Of a stretch of 16,054 nt of DNA, positions 1 to 7,581 are shown in pieces. Both the position numbers and the translations under genes were made by a program. Source of the stretch: Candidatus Sericytochromatia bacterium. Its GTDB lineage: Bacteria; Cyanobacteriota; Sericytochromatia; S15B-MN24; UBA4093. The notes beneath the pieces were generated by a model. The model searched no databases. It saw only the letters and a program-made list of their open reading frames with translations, and was not told where the DNA came from. The DNA is taken from NCBI GenBank assembly GCA_036676495.1, contig JAKFCT010000009.1, positions 1 through 16,054 of the forward strand, written 5' to 3'. Every line of letters begins with the position of its first letter. The stretch's first letter is position 1.

Positions 1-57
1 AAGCAAGAGGGCCGCACCCTGTTCATGATCCTCGCACCCAGGAAGAAGGAGAAGTAA
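1..57 (+). CDS. infC: Translation initiation factor IF-3, C-terminal fragment (5' truncated by window edge)
   Basis: Frame 1 reads [18 protein letters not shown], matching the IF-3 C-terminal EGRxxxMxLAP motif. It lies directly upstream of rpmI-rplT, the conserved operon order. Confidence 0.9.
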   Translation, partial: KQEGRTLFMILAPRKKEK

Positions 58-62
58 TCCCC

Positions 63-272
63 ATGCCCAAGATGAAGACCCACCGCGCGTCGGCCAAGCG
101 CTACCGCGTGACCGGCTCGGGCAAGCTGATGCGCCGCAAGGCCTTCAAGAAGCACCTGCTGGTCAACAAGAGCTCGCGGCGCCTGCGCCAGATCAGCGGT
201 TCGGAAGAGGTCCACGAGACGGACGAGCGTCGCGTCAAGCTCGCGCTCCCCTACCCTCAGTACTTGCGGTAA
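63..272 (+). CDS. rpmI: 50S ribosomal protein L35
   Basis: [21 protein letters not shown]...KHLL is the L35 signature; infC-rpmI-rplT context. Confidence 0.98.
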   Translation: MPKMKTHRASAKRYRVTGSGKLMRRKAFKKHLLVNKSSRRLRQISGSEEVHETDERRVKLALPYPQYLR

Positions 273-287
273 CGAAGGAGTTTATTC

Positions 288-647
288 ATGCCTCGCGTCA
301 AACGCGGTAACGTCAACCGCAACAAGCATAAGAAGGTTTACAAGCTCGTCCGCGGCCATCGCGGCAGCCTCAAGAAGATCTTCCGGGCAGCCAACCAGTC
401 CATGATGAAGGCGCTCCGGTACATGTACCGGCACCGCCGGGAGCGCAAGCGCGACTTCCGCCGCCTCTGGATCCAGCGCATCAACGCGGCCGCCCGCATG
501 AACGGCATCAGCTACTCGCAGCTGATCAACGGCCTCAAGAAGGCTCAGGTCGAAATCAACCGCAAGATCCTCGCCGACCTCGCGGTCAACGATTACCCCG
601 CCTTCGAGCGCCTGGCCTCCGTCGCCAAGGAAAAGCTCTCGGCCTAA
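288..647 (+). CDS. rplT: 50S ribosomal protein L20
   Basis: MPRVKRG...[18 protein letters not shown]...NRKILADLA is the L20 signature; AAGGAG RBS upstream. Confidence 0.99.
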   Translation: MPRVKRGNVNRNKHKKVYKLVRGHRGSLKKIFRAANQSMMKALRYMYRHRRERKRDFRRLWIQRINAAARMNGISYSQLINGLKKAQVEINRKILADLAVNDYPAFERLASVAKEKLSA

Positions 648-658
648 CGGTTCCAAGT

Positions 659-688
659 AAAGCGCGGTCCCTTCCGGGGCCGCGCTTT
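659..688 (+). terminator. Probable intrinsic terminator after rplT (short U tail, possibly leaky)
   Basis: AAAGCGCGGTCCC-TTCC-GGGGCCGCGCTTT hairpin (one G-U pair) 11 nt after the rplT stop. Confidence 0.7.
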
Positions 689-711
689 GCGCTGAATACA
701 GGAGTTTTCCC

Positions 712-1284
712 ATGAAGGTCATCGATACCGGCATCCCGGGCCTGATCGTCGTCGAACCCAAGGTCTTCGGAGACGCGCGCGGCTTCTTCCTCGAAACCTA
801 CGCCGAAAACCGCTACCACGAGGCCGGCATCACCGAACGCTTCGTCCAGGCCAACCACTCCCGCTCCCGCCGGGGCGTCCTGCGCGGCCTCCATTACCAG
901 CTGATCCAGCCCCAGGGAAAGCTGGTCAGCGTCGCCCGCGGGGCGGTCTACGACGTCGCCGTCGACATCCGGCGCGGCTCTCCCACCTTCGGGAAGCACT
1001 ACGGCCTCGTGCTCGATGATGTCACGCATCGCCAGATGTACGTTCCGCCCGGGTTCGCCCATGGCTTCGCCGTCCTCTCCGAGGAATGCGACTTCCTCTA
1101 CCAGGTCACCGACTACTATCACCCGGCCTCGGAGCAGGGCATCGCCTGGAACGACCCCGCGCTCGGCATCGAGTGGCCCCTATCGGACGTCCTGCTCTCC
1201 GAGAAGGACAAGCTTCACCCCCGCCTGGCGGACCAGGACCCCGACAAGCTTCCCACTTACTCCGGTGCGCGTGTCCTGTCTTAA
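712..1284 (+). CDS. rmlC: dTDP-4-dehydrorhamnose 3,5-epimerase
   Basis: PKVFGDARGFFLE, QANHSRS..GVLRGLHYQ, DVAVDIRRGSPTFG, PPGFAHGF and WNDP motifs; AGGAG RBS near 700. Confidence 0.96.
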   Translation: MKVIDTGIPGLIVVEPKVFGDARGFFLETYAENRYHEAGITERFVQANHSRSRRGVLRGLHYQLIQPQGKLVSVARGAVYDVAVDIRRGSPTFGKHYGLVLDDVTHRQMYVPPGFAHGFAVLSEECDFLYQVTDYYHPASEQGIAWNDPALGIEWPLSDVLLSEKDKLHPRLADQDPDKLPTYSGARVLS

Positions 1285-1320
1285 TCAAAGCTGCGCCTAG
1301 GCTTAAACTTGGCTTAAGAA
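1280..1320 (+). promoter_or_regulatory. 11-bp-phased CTTAA direct repeats (Pho-box/OmpR-PhoB-type site candidate)
   Basis: CTTAATCA (1280), CTTAAACT (1302) and CTTAAGAA (1313) lie at multiples of 11 bp upstream of the lipoprotein gene. Confidence 0.4.
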
Positions 1321-1388
1321 TATTGGCCGGATCGGGCCCGATAACCCTCCCAGCAGTGGACATGAAAACGATTGCAGGGAGGACTTAC

Positions 1389-1877
1389 GTGAAGGCAGTT
1401 TGGACCGTGGCGTTGGTGGCTCTCCTGGCCGGATGCGGCACCGCCCCTCAGATGGTTGACGGAGCCTCGGGGAACGCCCAGGCAAATGGGCTCTTTTCCT
1501 CCTTCAAGGAGAGCCAGTACACCCAGGTGGCGACCCTCGACCAGATCGGCAAGTTCCAGAACGACGAACAAGCCAACCGCGCGGCTGCCGGCAAGCGCTA
1601 CATGGCCACCGGCACCCTTGGCTACTCCATCGGAGACATGCAGCTCGTGGATGCCAACGATGTCACCCTGAGCCTGACCGGCGCCGAGGGGGGGTACGTC
1701 TACATCCACCGCGAGAACTTCATCCTGCGGAGCAAGGCGGAAGCCTTCGTGAAAAAGGTCTTCGGCGAAGCGAAGGGCGCGTCGACGGTCTACTTCACCG
1801 TGAAGACCGGCAACCTCCATGGGCGGATTCACGTGGATGCCATCAAGCGTCCCGACGGCAAGCTCGTCACCCTTTAG
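1389..1877 (+). CDS. Uncharacterised lipoprotein (162 aa)
   Basis: GTG at 1389 follows a GGGAGGA RBS and gives MKAVWTVALVALLAG-C, a classic lipobox. The in-frame ATG at 1362 is an alternative. The track start at 1086 overlaps rmlC and is not used. Confidence 0.8.
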   Translation: MKAVWTVALVALLAGCGTAPQMVDGASGNAQANGLFSSFKESQYTQVATLDQIGKFQNDEQANRAAAGKRYMATGTLGYSIGDMQLVDANDVTLSLTGAEGGYVYIHRENFILRSKAEAFVKKVFGEAKGASTVYFTVKTGNLHGRIHVDAIKRPDGKLVTL

Positions 1878-1880
1878 TCA

Positions 1881-1936
1881 AACGGCGACGAGGCGCCCCC
1901 GGATTCCGGGGGCGCCTCGTCATATTTGTCGCCGTT
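1881..1936. terminator. Long GC hairpin between convergent genes (probable bidirectional terminator)
   Basis: GACGAGGCGCCCCCGGA-T-TCCGGGGGCGCCTCGTC (1887-1921). AACGGCGAC (1881-1889) can also pair with GTCGCCGTT (1928-1936). Confidence 0.75.
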
Positions 1937-3070
1937 CTATTCGCCGAAGACGGCCTTGATCGGGTCCACCGCCCCGTGACCGAAGCGGATGTCCTTTCCG
2001 GGCTTCCCCAGGTCCTGGGCGGTCTCGGCCAAGTGGTCGCGAATCTGGGCGGGGGTCCAGTCGGGGTGACGGGCAATGATCTGGGCGACGACGCCCGCCA
2101 CGTACGGAGCGGCCATCGAGGTGCCGGACATCTCGTCGACCTTGCCCTTCTTGACGGCGGAGACGATGTCCGTCCCCGGAGCGGCGAGATCCACGGCGGG
2201 CCCGATGCTCGAGTTGGAGCTGAGCTTCAGGCCCTCCTCCGGGGAGGTGTCGTCGAGGTTGGAGACGGCGAGGACCGTCGGATGGGTCGCGGGGAAGTTG
2301 ACGTTGTCCTTGTCCTTTTCCCCGTTTCGGTTGTTGCCCGCGGCGACCACGACCACGACGCCCTTCGCCTCGGCGTAGTCCAGGGCCTCCTCGAGGTTGC
2401 GAATGCCCTTGGCGTGGAGGCTGCCCAGGATCCAGTTGTTCGTCTGGGTGCCCATGCTGATGTTGATGACCTTGGCGCCGTTGTCGACCGCGTGGCGGAC
2501 CGAATCGGCGACGCGCGTGAACAAGCCCGAGTTGTAGATGGTCGACGTGCCGAACTTGATCGGCAACAAGGTCGCCCCCGGGGCCACGCCGTGAACGCCC
2601 TCTTCGGGCAGGGAGCCCGCGATGATGCCCGCCACGTGGGTGCCGTGGCTGAAGAACGCGTCGACGTCGTCCGTCTTGGACTTGCCGTTGTAACCCGGCA
2701 GGATCTCGCTCTTGCTGAAGGCTGGATGGGTCACGTCCATGCCCGAGTCGATGACGGCCACCGTGACCTTGCTCAGGTCGACCTCGGTGAAGCCGTCGTC
2801 GGTGTGAAGGACCTCGGCCTGCTTTCCGTCCACCTTGAGCGAGTCCCCCTTGCTGATGGCCTCATCGGCGGACTGGTGGGCAATCTTGCTCTCGGTGCGG
2901 TAGGCCCCGCTCAGCAAGAGGAGATCATTGCCCTGCTTTGCCAGGATGCTGGGCTTACCATCCTTGGAGGCTTCTTGGCGTAGCCGATCCCGGTTCTGCG
3001 CGGTATCCGGCAGCCGGATGTCGTGCGGGCCCGTCTTCAGCGACGGAGTCGGGCGAATCGAGTTGGACAT
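1937..3070 (-). CDS. S8 family subtilisin-like serine protease (377 aa), no Sec signal peptide
   Basis: Catalytic triad motifs VAVIDSG, HGTHVAG and GTSMAAP, plus oxyanion AAGN. Start MSNSIRPT at 3070 follows a GGAGG RBS. The track extension to 3679 overlaps the next gene. Confidence 0.93.
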   Translation of the reverse strand: MSNSIRPTPSLKTGPHDIRLPDTAQNRDRLRQEASKDGKPSILAKQGNDLLLLSGAYRTESKIAHQSADEAISKGDSLKVDGKQAEVLHTDDGFTEVDLSKVTVAVIDSGMDVTHPAFSKSEILPGYNGKSKTDDVDAFFSHGTHVAGIIAGSLPEEGVHGVAPGATLLPIKFGTSTIYNSGLFTRVADSVRHAVDNGAKVINISMGTQTNNWILGSLHAKGIRNLEEALDYAEAKGVVVVVAAGNNRNGEKDKDNVNFPATHPTVLAVSNLDDTSPEEGLKLSSNSSIGPAVDLAAPGTDIVSAVKKGKVDEMSGTSMAAPYVAGVVAQIIARHPDWTPAQIRDHLAETAQDLGKPGKDIRFGHGAVDPIKAVFGE

Positions 3071-3225
3071 GGGGACCTCCAAGCATCTAGCGGGCGGGCT
3101 CCCCTGCTCAAGAGGGGGGTCACCGCTCGTGCTCGTTGAAGCGGGCGACGAAAGGAACGTGGCGGGGCCGCCGTCGTGGCAAGCGGGCCTTCTTGAGGTT
3201 ATACCCAGAAATTGGCGACTTCCGG

Positions 3226-4095
3226 TCAGTAGCCTGCGCGCTGGAAGAGGTACCGGGCGAGCATCATGGCCTCGCCCCCCTGGGTCACCATCCCGGTCTG
3301 GGCGTTGACCAGCATCACCGGTTCTCCCTGGGTTTGACTCGGCATATCGGCGAAGACCCACAGAGGGCCGTAGGTCTTGATGTCCAGGAGGACGGCGGCG
3401 CCGTACTTGTTGGGGACGTAGCCCATGCGCTTGGCGATCGCATGCGCTTCCTTCACGTCGACGGCATGGCGATCGCGCGCCTCGTTGAGCACCAGGGTGG
3501 CCTGGTCGAAGCCGTCGGCGGGCTCTTCGAAGGACTTCGAGAAAAGCGACGACAGGGTGAACTCGACCTTGAGGGCCTTCCCCTTGGAGGGCGAGTAATA
3601 GGCATGGCGCGTGACGCTCAGGGCGGGAAGCTTCCAGTAGGCCCAGATCGCGTAGAGCTGGCGCGCATCCGAGGCCCATTCCCGAGCGATCCGATCGGCC
3701 TTTTCCTGGGAGTTGCGGGGAACGACCTGGACCTGGTAGGAGCTGGCTTCGAGCTGGCTGGCCATGGCCGGCAGGTCGTTGACGATGCCGCCTTGGCGGG
3801 CGATCGCCCCGGCCAGCTCCAGCAAGGTCGGCTCAGCGGGAGGCGCCGGAAGGACCGGGCTCTCGGGACGCGAGACGGGGGGATGCGTCATCGGCAGGGC
3901 TGAGGCCGGCACCGCCGGGGCTGGCAGGACCGGCGATTGCCAGGTCGCGCGGGAGGGCTGGGAGGTGAAGGGAGCCGCGCTCGGGACGAGGGTGGAGCGG
4001 TTGCATCCGGCGAGCAGCAATATCGCCGGCAAGCAGGAAGCGAGCAGCAAGCCCGAGAGCAGGGGCGCGGCGTGGCCGTTCGATGCGAGGCGCAT
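3226..4095 (-). CDS. Uncharacterised lipoprotein with Pro-rich N-terminal linker (289 aa)
   Basis: Hydrophobic N-terminus ending LLLAG-C, then a P/S/A-rich tether and a globular C-terminal part with GC3-biased codons. The GGAGGG RBS (4102-4107) fits ATG 4095 better than ATG 4101. Confidence 0.75.
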   Translation of the reverse strand: MRLASNGHAAPLLSGLLLASCLPAILLLAGCNRSTLVPSAAPFTSQPSRATWQSPVLPAPAVPASALPMTHPPVSRPESPVLPAPPAEPTLLELAGAIARQGGIVNDLPAMASQLEASSYQVQVVPRNSQEKADRIAREWASDARQLYAIWAYWKLPALSVTRHAYYSPSKGKALKVEFTLSSLFSKSFEEPADGFDQATLVLNEARDRHAVDVKEAHAIAKRMGYVPNKYGAAVLLDIKTYGPLWVFADMPSQTQGEPVMLVNAQTGMVTQGGEAMMLARYLFQRAGY

Positions 4096-4115
4096 GGGCA
4101 TCCCTCCAAAGGGGT

Positions 4116-4134
4116 CTTAAACCAGCCTTAACCT
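4116..4134 (+). promoter_or_regulatory. Pho-box-like tandem CTTAAACC-agc-CTTAACCT overlapping the predicted TSS of the lipoprotein gene
   Basis: Two 8-mers 11 bp apart. The second equals the cyanobacterial SphR/PhoB consensus CTTAACCT. Confidence 0.45.
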
Positions 4135-4138
4135 CCAT

Positions 4139-4167
4139 AGCATAGCGGTCTGCCCCTCGCATGTCAA
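4139..4167 (-). promoter_or_regulatory. Sigma70-type promoter for the 4095 lipoprotein gene
   Basis: Minus strand TTGACA (4167-4162), 17 nt spacer, TATGCT (4144-4139). Confidence 0.75.
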
Positions 4168-4168
4168 A

Positions 4169-4195
4169 CCCCCGGGGCCGATCCGGCCCCGGGGG
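4169..4195 (-). terminator. Intrinsic terminator after the lipoprotein subtilase
   Basis: Perfect 12-bp stem CCCCCGGGGCCG / CGGCCCCGGGGG with a 3-nt loop, followed on the minus strand by TTT. Confidence 0.7.
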
Positions 4196-4215
4196 GTGCG
4201 AGTTGGGTTGCGACG

Positions 4216-5718
4216 TTACCAGAAGCGGACGGTGTTGCGCCAGCCTTGTCCGGGATGTTCCTTGGTGGCGGAGACGGCCTTGAAGGCGTTGACCCGGCCT
4301 TCGCCGAAGTACGCGTCAAATCCGGCGCTTCCCAGGTCGTCGGCGGTCTCGTAGAGGGTCTCGACGACTTGCTTGGGCTGGGCGCGGAAGTGGCCGCGCT
4401 TCGAGATGACCAGGGCGGCGACCCCGGCGACGTGCGGAGCGGCCATGGAGGTGCCGGCCAGCGTGAAGTAGGGAGCCGGCTGGAAGGGCATGCCGTCGAC
4501 GGTCTGCTTCACGGCCTTGGTGCTCCAGGTGCTGTAGATGAAGCCCGCGGAGCTCATCTGGCCGTTCTTGATGATCACGCCGCCGCCCGGCGCCGAGAGA
4601 TCCACCAGCCGCTTGCCGTAGTTGCTGTAGAAGCTGGCGAACGAGTCGTAGTCAGTGCCCGTGGCGGGACCGGTGGCAGAGACGCCGATGTTGTGATCGA
4701 GCATGGCCGGCAGGAGGAAATCCGTGGTGCTGTCGAAGTTCCGCATGCTGTTGCCCGCCGAGCTCACGACCACGGCTCCGCGCCGGAAGGCGAAGCGGAC
4801 GGCGCGTCCCATCTTGCGGTTGAGCTCTTCACCGCGGGGGTTGCCCACGGCGAACGTGCCGCCGAAGCTCATGTTGATGACGTCGGCTCCGTTCATCGAG
4901 GCGTAGTAGATGCCCTTGATGACGGTGTCGAAGTTGGAGACGCCCTTGTAGTTGTTGACCTTGAGCGCGAGGATCTTCGCGTGGGGGGCGACGCCCGTGA
5001 CGCCCTTGCCGTCCGCCTTGGCGGCGATGATGCCGGCCACGTGGCTGCCATGGCCGCGCAAGTCCATGACGTCGAAGTTATCGGCGTTGGGGCCGTCTCC
5101 CTCGATGAACGAGCGTGAGGCCGGGTGGAGCTGGCCTGCGAATTCGGGGTTGGTGTAGTCGATGCCCGAATCGAGCACCGCCACCGTGACGCCCTGGCCC
5201 GTGGCGCCCTGGTTCCAGGCCTCGGGAGCCTGGATGGTCCGGAGGCCCCACTGCTGGGCACCGTAGGTAATCGCGCTTCCCGCCTGAGCATCGTCCATGC
5301 CGTCGGCCGGGGCGGCGAAGGTGAGGTCGTCCTGGGACCAGTCGACCTCGTAATCCTCGATCACGCTCGCCACTCCGGAAATCTTGCCAGCTTTGGAGAG
5401 GAAGTTCGGATCGGACGAGAGCACGGTGGCGAGGCCCGCGCCGTCGAAACGCGTCGAGAGCTTGCCGCCGGCCTTGGTGAGGTCTTTTTCGAAGTTGCCG
5501 GGAATCTCGTCTCCCGAGAACTCGACCAGGTACTGGGTCGCACCGCCGACCGTGGCCACCTTCCACTCCGCGGGAGCCTTGGCGGCCGTCGCGGCGAGGT
5601 GGCTGGGGGCGACGGTGGCCGGCGCGAGCGTGCTCGAGGGGACCGTTTGGCAGCCTGCCAGCAGCGTGAGGCCCAGGGTATAGGCGATCGAACGTTTGAC
5701 GTGACGGCTAACTTGCAT
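4216..5718 (-). CDS. Lipoprotein S8 subtilisin-like serine protease with I9-like propeptide (500 aa)
   Basis: Lipobox LLAG-C; QYLVEF...VIEDYEV propeptide-like region; triad VAVLDSG, HGSHVAG and GTSMAAPHVAG; GAGGAG RBS. Confidence 0.93.
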   Translation of the reverse strand: MQVSRHVKRSIAYTLGLTLLAGCQTVPSSTLAPATVAPSHLAATAAKAPAEWKVATVGGATQYLVEFSGDEIPGNFEKDLTKAGGKLSTRFDGAGLATVLSSDPNFLSKAGKISGVASVIEDYEVDWSQDDLTFAAPADGMDDAQAGSAITYGAQQWGLRTIQAPEAWNQGATGQGVTVAVLDSGIDYTNPEFAGQLHPASRSFIEGDGPNADNFDVMDLRGHGSHVAGIIAAKADGKGVTGVAPHAKILALKVNNYKGVSNFDTVIKGIYYASMNGADVINMSFGGTFAVGNPRGEELNRKMGRAVRFAFRRGAVVVSSAGNSMRNFDSTTDFLLPAMLDHNIGVSATGPATGTDYDSFASFYSNYGKRLVDLSAPGGGVIIKNGQMSSAGFIYSTWSTKAVKQTVDGMPFQPAPYFTLAGTSMAAPHVAGVAALVISKRGHFRAQPKQVVETLYETADDLGSAGFDAYFGEGRVNAFKAVSATKEHPGQGWRNTVRFW

Positions 5719-5788
5719 GAACGCTCTCCTCGGTTTAATGGAGTAGAAGGGAGTCCTAGGCCCCCTTCACGGAGGGCTCACCTCCCGC

Positions 5789-5818
5789 ACTATACCTCGG
5801 GACGAGGCCCTAGAAACC
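5789..5818 (-). promoter_or_regulatory. Candidate promoter of the lipoprotein subtilase
   Basis: Minus strand -10 TATAGT (5794-5789). It can also be read as GGTTTCT-N14-AGGTAT, a degenerate SigB/SigF-type site. Confidence 0.4.
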
Positions 5819-5820
5819 GC

Positions 5821-5857
5821 AAAAACAGAGGGTTGACGAAGTTTTAACGGAACCCTC
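5821..5857 (-). terminator. Possible terminator after the M50 peptidase gene
   Basis: GAGGGTT...AACCCTC inverted repeat (5828-5857) followed on the minus strand by TGTTTTT. The 16-nt loop weakens the call. Confidence 0.4.
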
Positions 5858-5888
5858 GCTCGCTGCAACAACGGAGTAACAATTCCGT

Positions 5889-7328
5889 TCAGGAGAGGCC
5901 GGTGGTCCGCAGGATGAAATGCGCGAAGCGCCAGGTCACGAGGCCGGCGATCGCCACGGTATACGTGCCGCCGAGGATGCCGTACCAGAGGAAGGCGCGG
6001 CGCTCCCGCCGCTCACCGATCATGGGCAGTCCGCGGACGCGGCGGTCCAGCATGTCGAAGGCGCGGGGGCGGAGGTTGGGGATTTCCAGCCAATCGGCCA
6101 GGATGTAGTACCCGTCGAACTTGAGCAATGGGTTGATGTTGGTGACGGTCGAGACCAGGGTGATCGCCACGATCTGGGCCAGCACCAACTCCACGGCGTT
6201 TGGGAGCTCCAGCCATGCCCACGCGAGCCCCGCGACGGAGGCCAGCATGAGCTGGAAGTAGATCCCCGCGGCGCTCACGGCGATGCGCTTCCATTTCTCC
6301 GGGAAGCGGTGGGCATCGCTCACATCGCAGAAGGCCATGGGGATGAAGACGTAGATCATGATTCCCATGCGCCGGACCTGACCTCCGAAGGCCCGACAAG
6401 CCATCGCATGGCCGTACTCGTGAATCGTCGTGCAGAGCAGCATGGCGATCAGGAAGCTGCCGATCCCTCCCACCCAGCGATGGTCGAAGTTCCGGAGGAT
6501 CAGCTCCACCAAGGTGCCGGCCTGCATGGAGAGCGCGATCGCCGCCACGGCGATCAGGATGCCGCCACCCATGAAGCCCGCGCGGGAGAAGAGCGCTTGC
6601 CCCAGGGGAGCGGTCAGGTCGAGCAGGCGGCTGGGATCGTGAAAAGGAAAGCGAATCTGCATCCAGCGGGCCCAGCCGGCGCGGGGCGCCAGGGAAACGG
6701 CGGGGGGCACGGGCTCCGGGGCTGGCGCGGTCGCCGGATCCGCTCCGGTCGCGTTCTCGGGAGCCGCGGGGGGATCCATGGAAAGGAGACCGAGCATCCA
6801 GAGCCGGGTGGTCAAGGCGAGCAGTTGCTCGGGCCAGACGAGCTGTCCGGTCGATTCCCAGCAGCGCCGGACGATGCTACTGAACGTTTTTTCGCTGACG
6901 AGGCCCTCCGCGAGCTGGTACTCCTCGGGGCTCAACTGGACGTGGCGATCGCCGATGGAAAGGACGACGGCTTGCCGATGGGTCTCGTTGATGGGCGTCG
7001 CCGTGAGGCCCTCCTTCCAGCGGAAGGATCCGAGATGTTTCCATAAGGGCGAGGATAAGACGGCCTGGGCACTGAGCGCCTGAGAGATCTGCTCGGGGGT
7101 ACAGACTCCGTGAGCAACCAGGATTTCCCCCAGGAGGCGGGGGTGCGCTTGCTGTTCTTCAAGTGCGCGCTCCACGTCCTCCGCGCGGGCCAGGCCGAGT
7201 TCCGTGAGCATTTCGCCGAGACGCCGCGTCCGGGGCTCGAAGCGCAGCAGCTCCTCCACCAGTTCGGGGGGGGCGTCGGGACTCTCCTCCATGGAGGAGG
7301 TCGGAAATTGGGAGGAGGAGTGGTCCAT
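5889..7328 (-). CDS. M50 (site-2) membrane zinc metallopeptidase with N-terminal MshEN c-di-GMP-binding module and PqqD/RRE-like domain (about 479 aa)
   Basis: HEYGH and NINPLLKFDG zinc motifs within TM helices. Two tandem 24-aa MshEN motifs at 7223-7065. A strands-then-helices segment ending LWMLGLL at about 7025-6783. Start is uncertain (see finding at 7328-7362). Confidence 0.88.
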   Translation of the reverse strand: MDHSSSQFPTSSMEESPDAPPELVEELLRFEPRTRRLGEMLTELGLARAEDVERALEEQQAHPRLLGEILVAHGVCTPEQISQALSAQAVLSSPLWKHLGSFRWKEGLTATPINETHRQAVVLSIGDRHVQLSPEEYQLAEGLVSEKTFSSIVRRCWESTGQLVWPEQLLALTTRLWMLGLLSMDPPAAPENATGADPATAPAPEPVPPAVSLAPRAGWARWMQIRFPFHDPSRLLDLTAPLGQALFSRAGFMGGGILIAVAAIALSMQAGTLVELILRNFDHRWVGGIGSFLIAMLLCTTIHEYGHAMACRAFGGQVRRMGIMIYVFIPMAFCDVSDAHRFPEKWKRIAVSAAGIYFQLMLASVAGLAWAWLELPNAVELVLAQIVAITLVSTVTNINPLLKFDGYYILADWLEIPNLRPRAFDMLDRRVRGLPMIGERRERRAFLWYGILGGTYTVAIAGLVTWRFAHFILRTTGLS

Positions 7329-7501
7329 GGTGGTGCGTTCAATCCTGCATGCGTGACTCCTTGCCCAACATACCCGACGGAGCGGCTCTCTACCCGGAAT
7401 TACGCCCGTTATGGGGAGGTCGTGAAGATTGCACGATTGTTGCATCACTTTTAAACAACCGTAGGATGCGTTTCAAATGTTGATTATTACTGGCTTTTAG
7501 C

Positions 7502-7527
7502 GGTTTAGCCGGTTGTGAAGAGGGTAC
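7502..7527 (+). promoter_or_regulatory. SigB/SigF-type promoter upstream of the precursor peptide
   Basis: GGTTTAG-N13-GGGTAC, close to the B. subtilis SigB consensus GTTTAA-N12-14-GGGWAW and to the actinobacterial SigF consensus. Confidence 0.6.
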
Positions 7528-7581
7528 AAGAAGTGTGACGGATGTTACACGCACCCCGCAATGCTGGAAGGAGACCACGGT

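Noticed and set aside
1315-1344. Sigma28 (FliA)-like CCGATAA at 1338-1344, and a similar GCGATAA near 15740
   Set aside because: No TAAA -35 at the expected spacing of about 15 nt; too weak to call.
1086-1388. N-terminal extension of the lipoprotein ORF in the track
   Set aside because: It overlaps rmlC and has Arg/Pro-rich off-frame composition. The RBS and lipobox point to GTG 1389 (or ATG 1362).
3071-3679. About 200-aa N-terminal extension of the first S8 ORF
   Set aside because: It overlaps the 3226-4095 gene in another frame and has off-frame composition. A good RBS sits before ATG 3070.
7329-7448. Track start of the M50 ORF at 7448
   Set aside because: No RBS, and it runs through the divergent promoter region. 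The only strong RBS is at 7357-7362.
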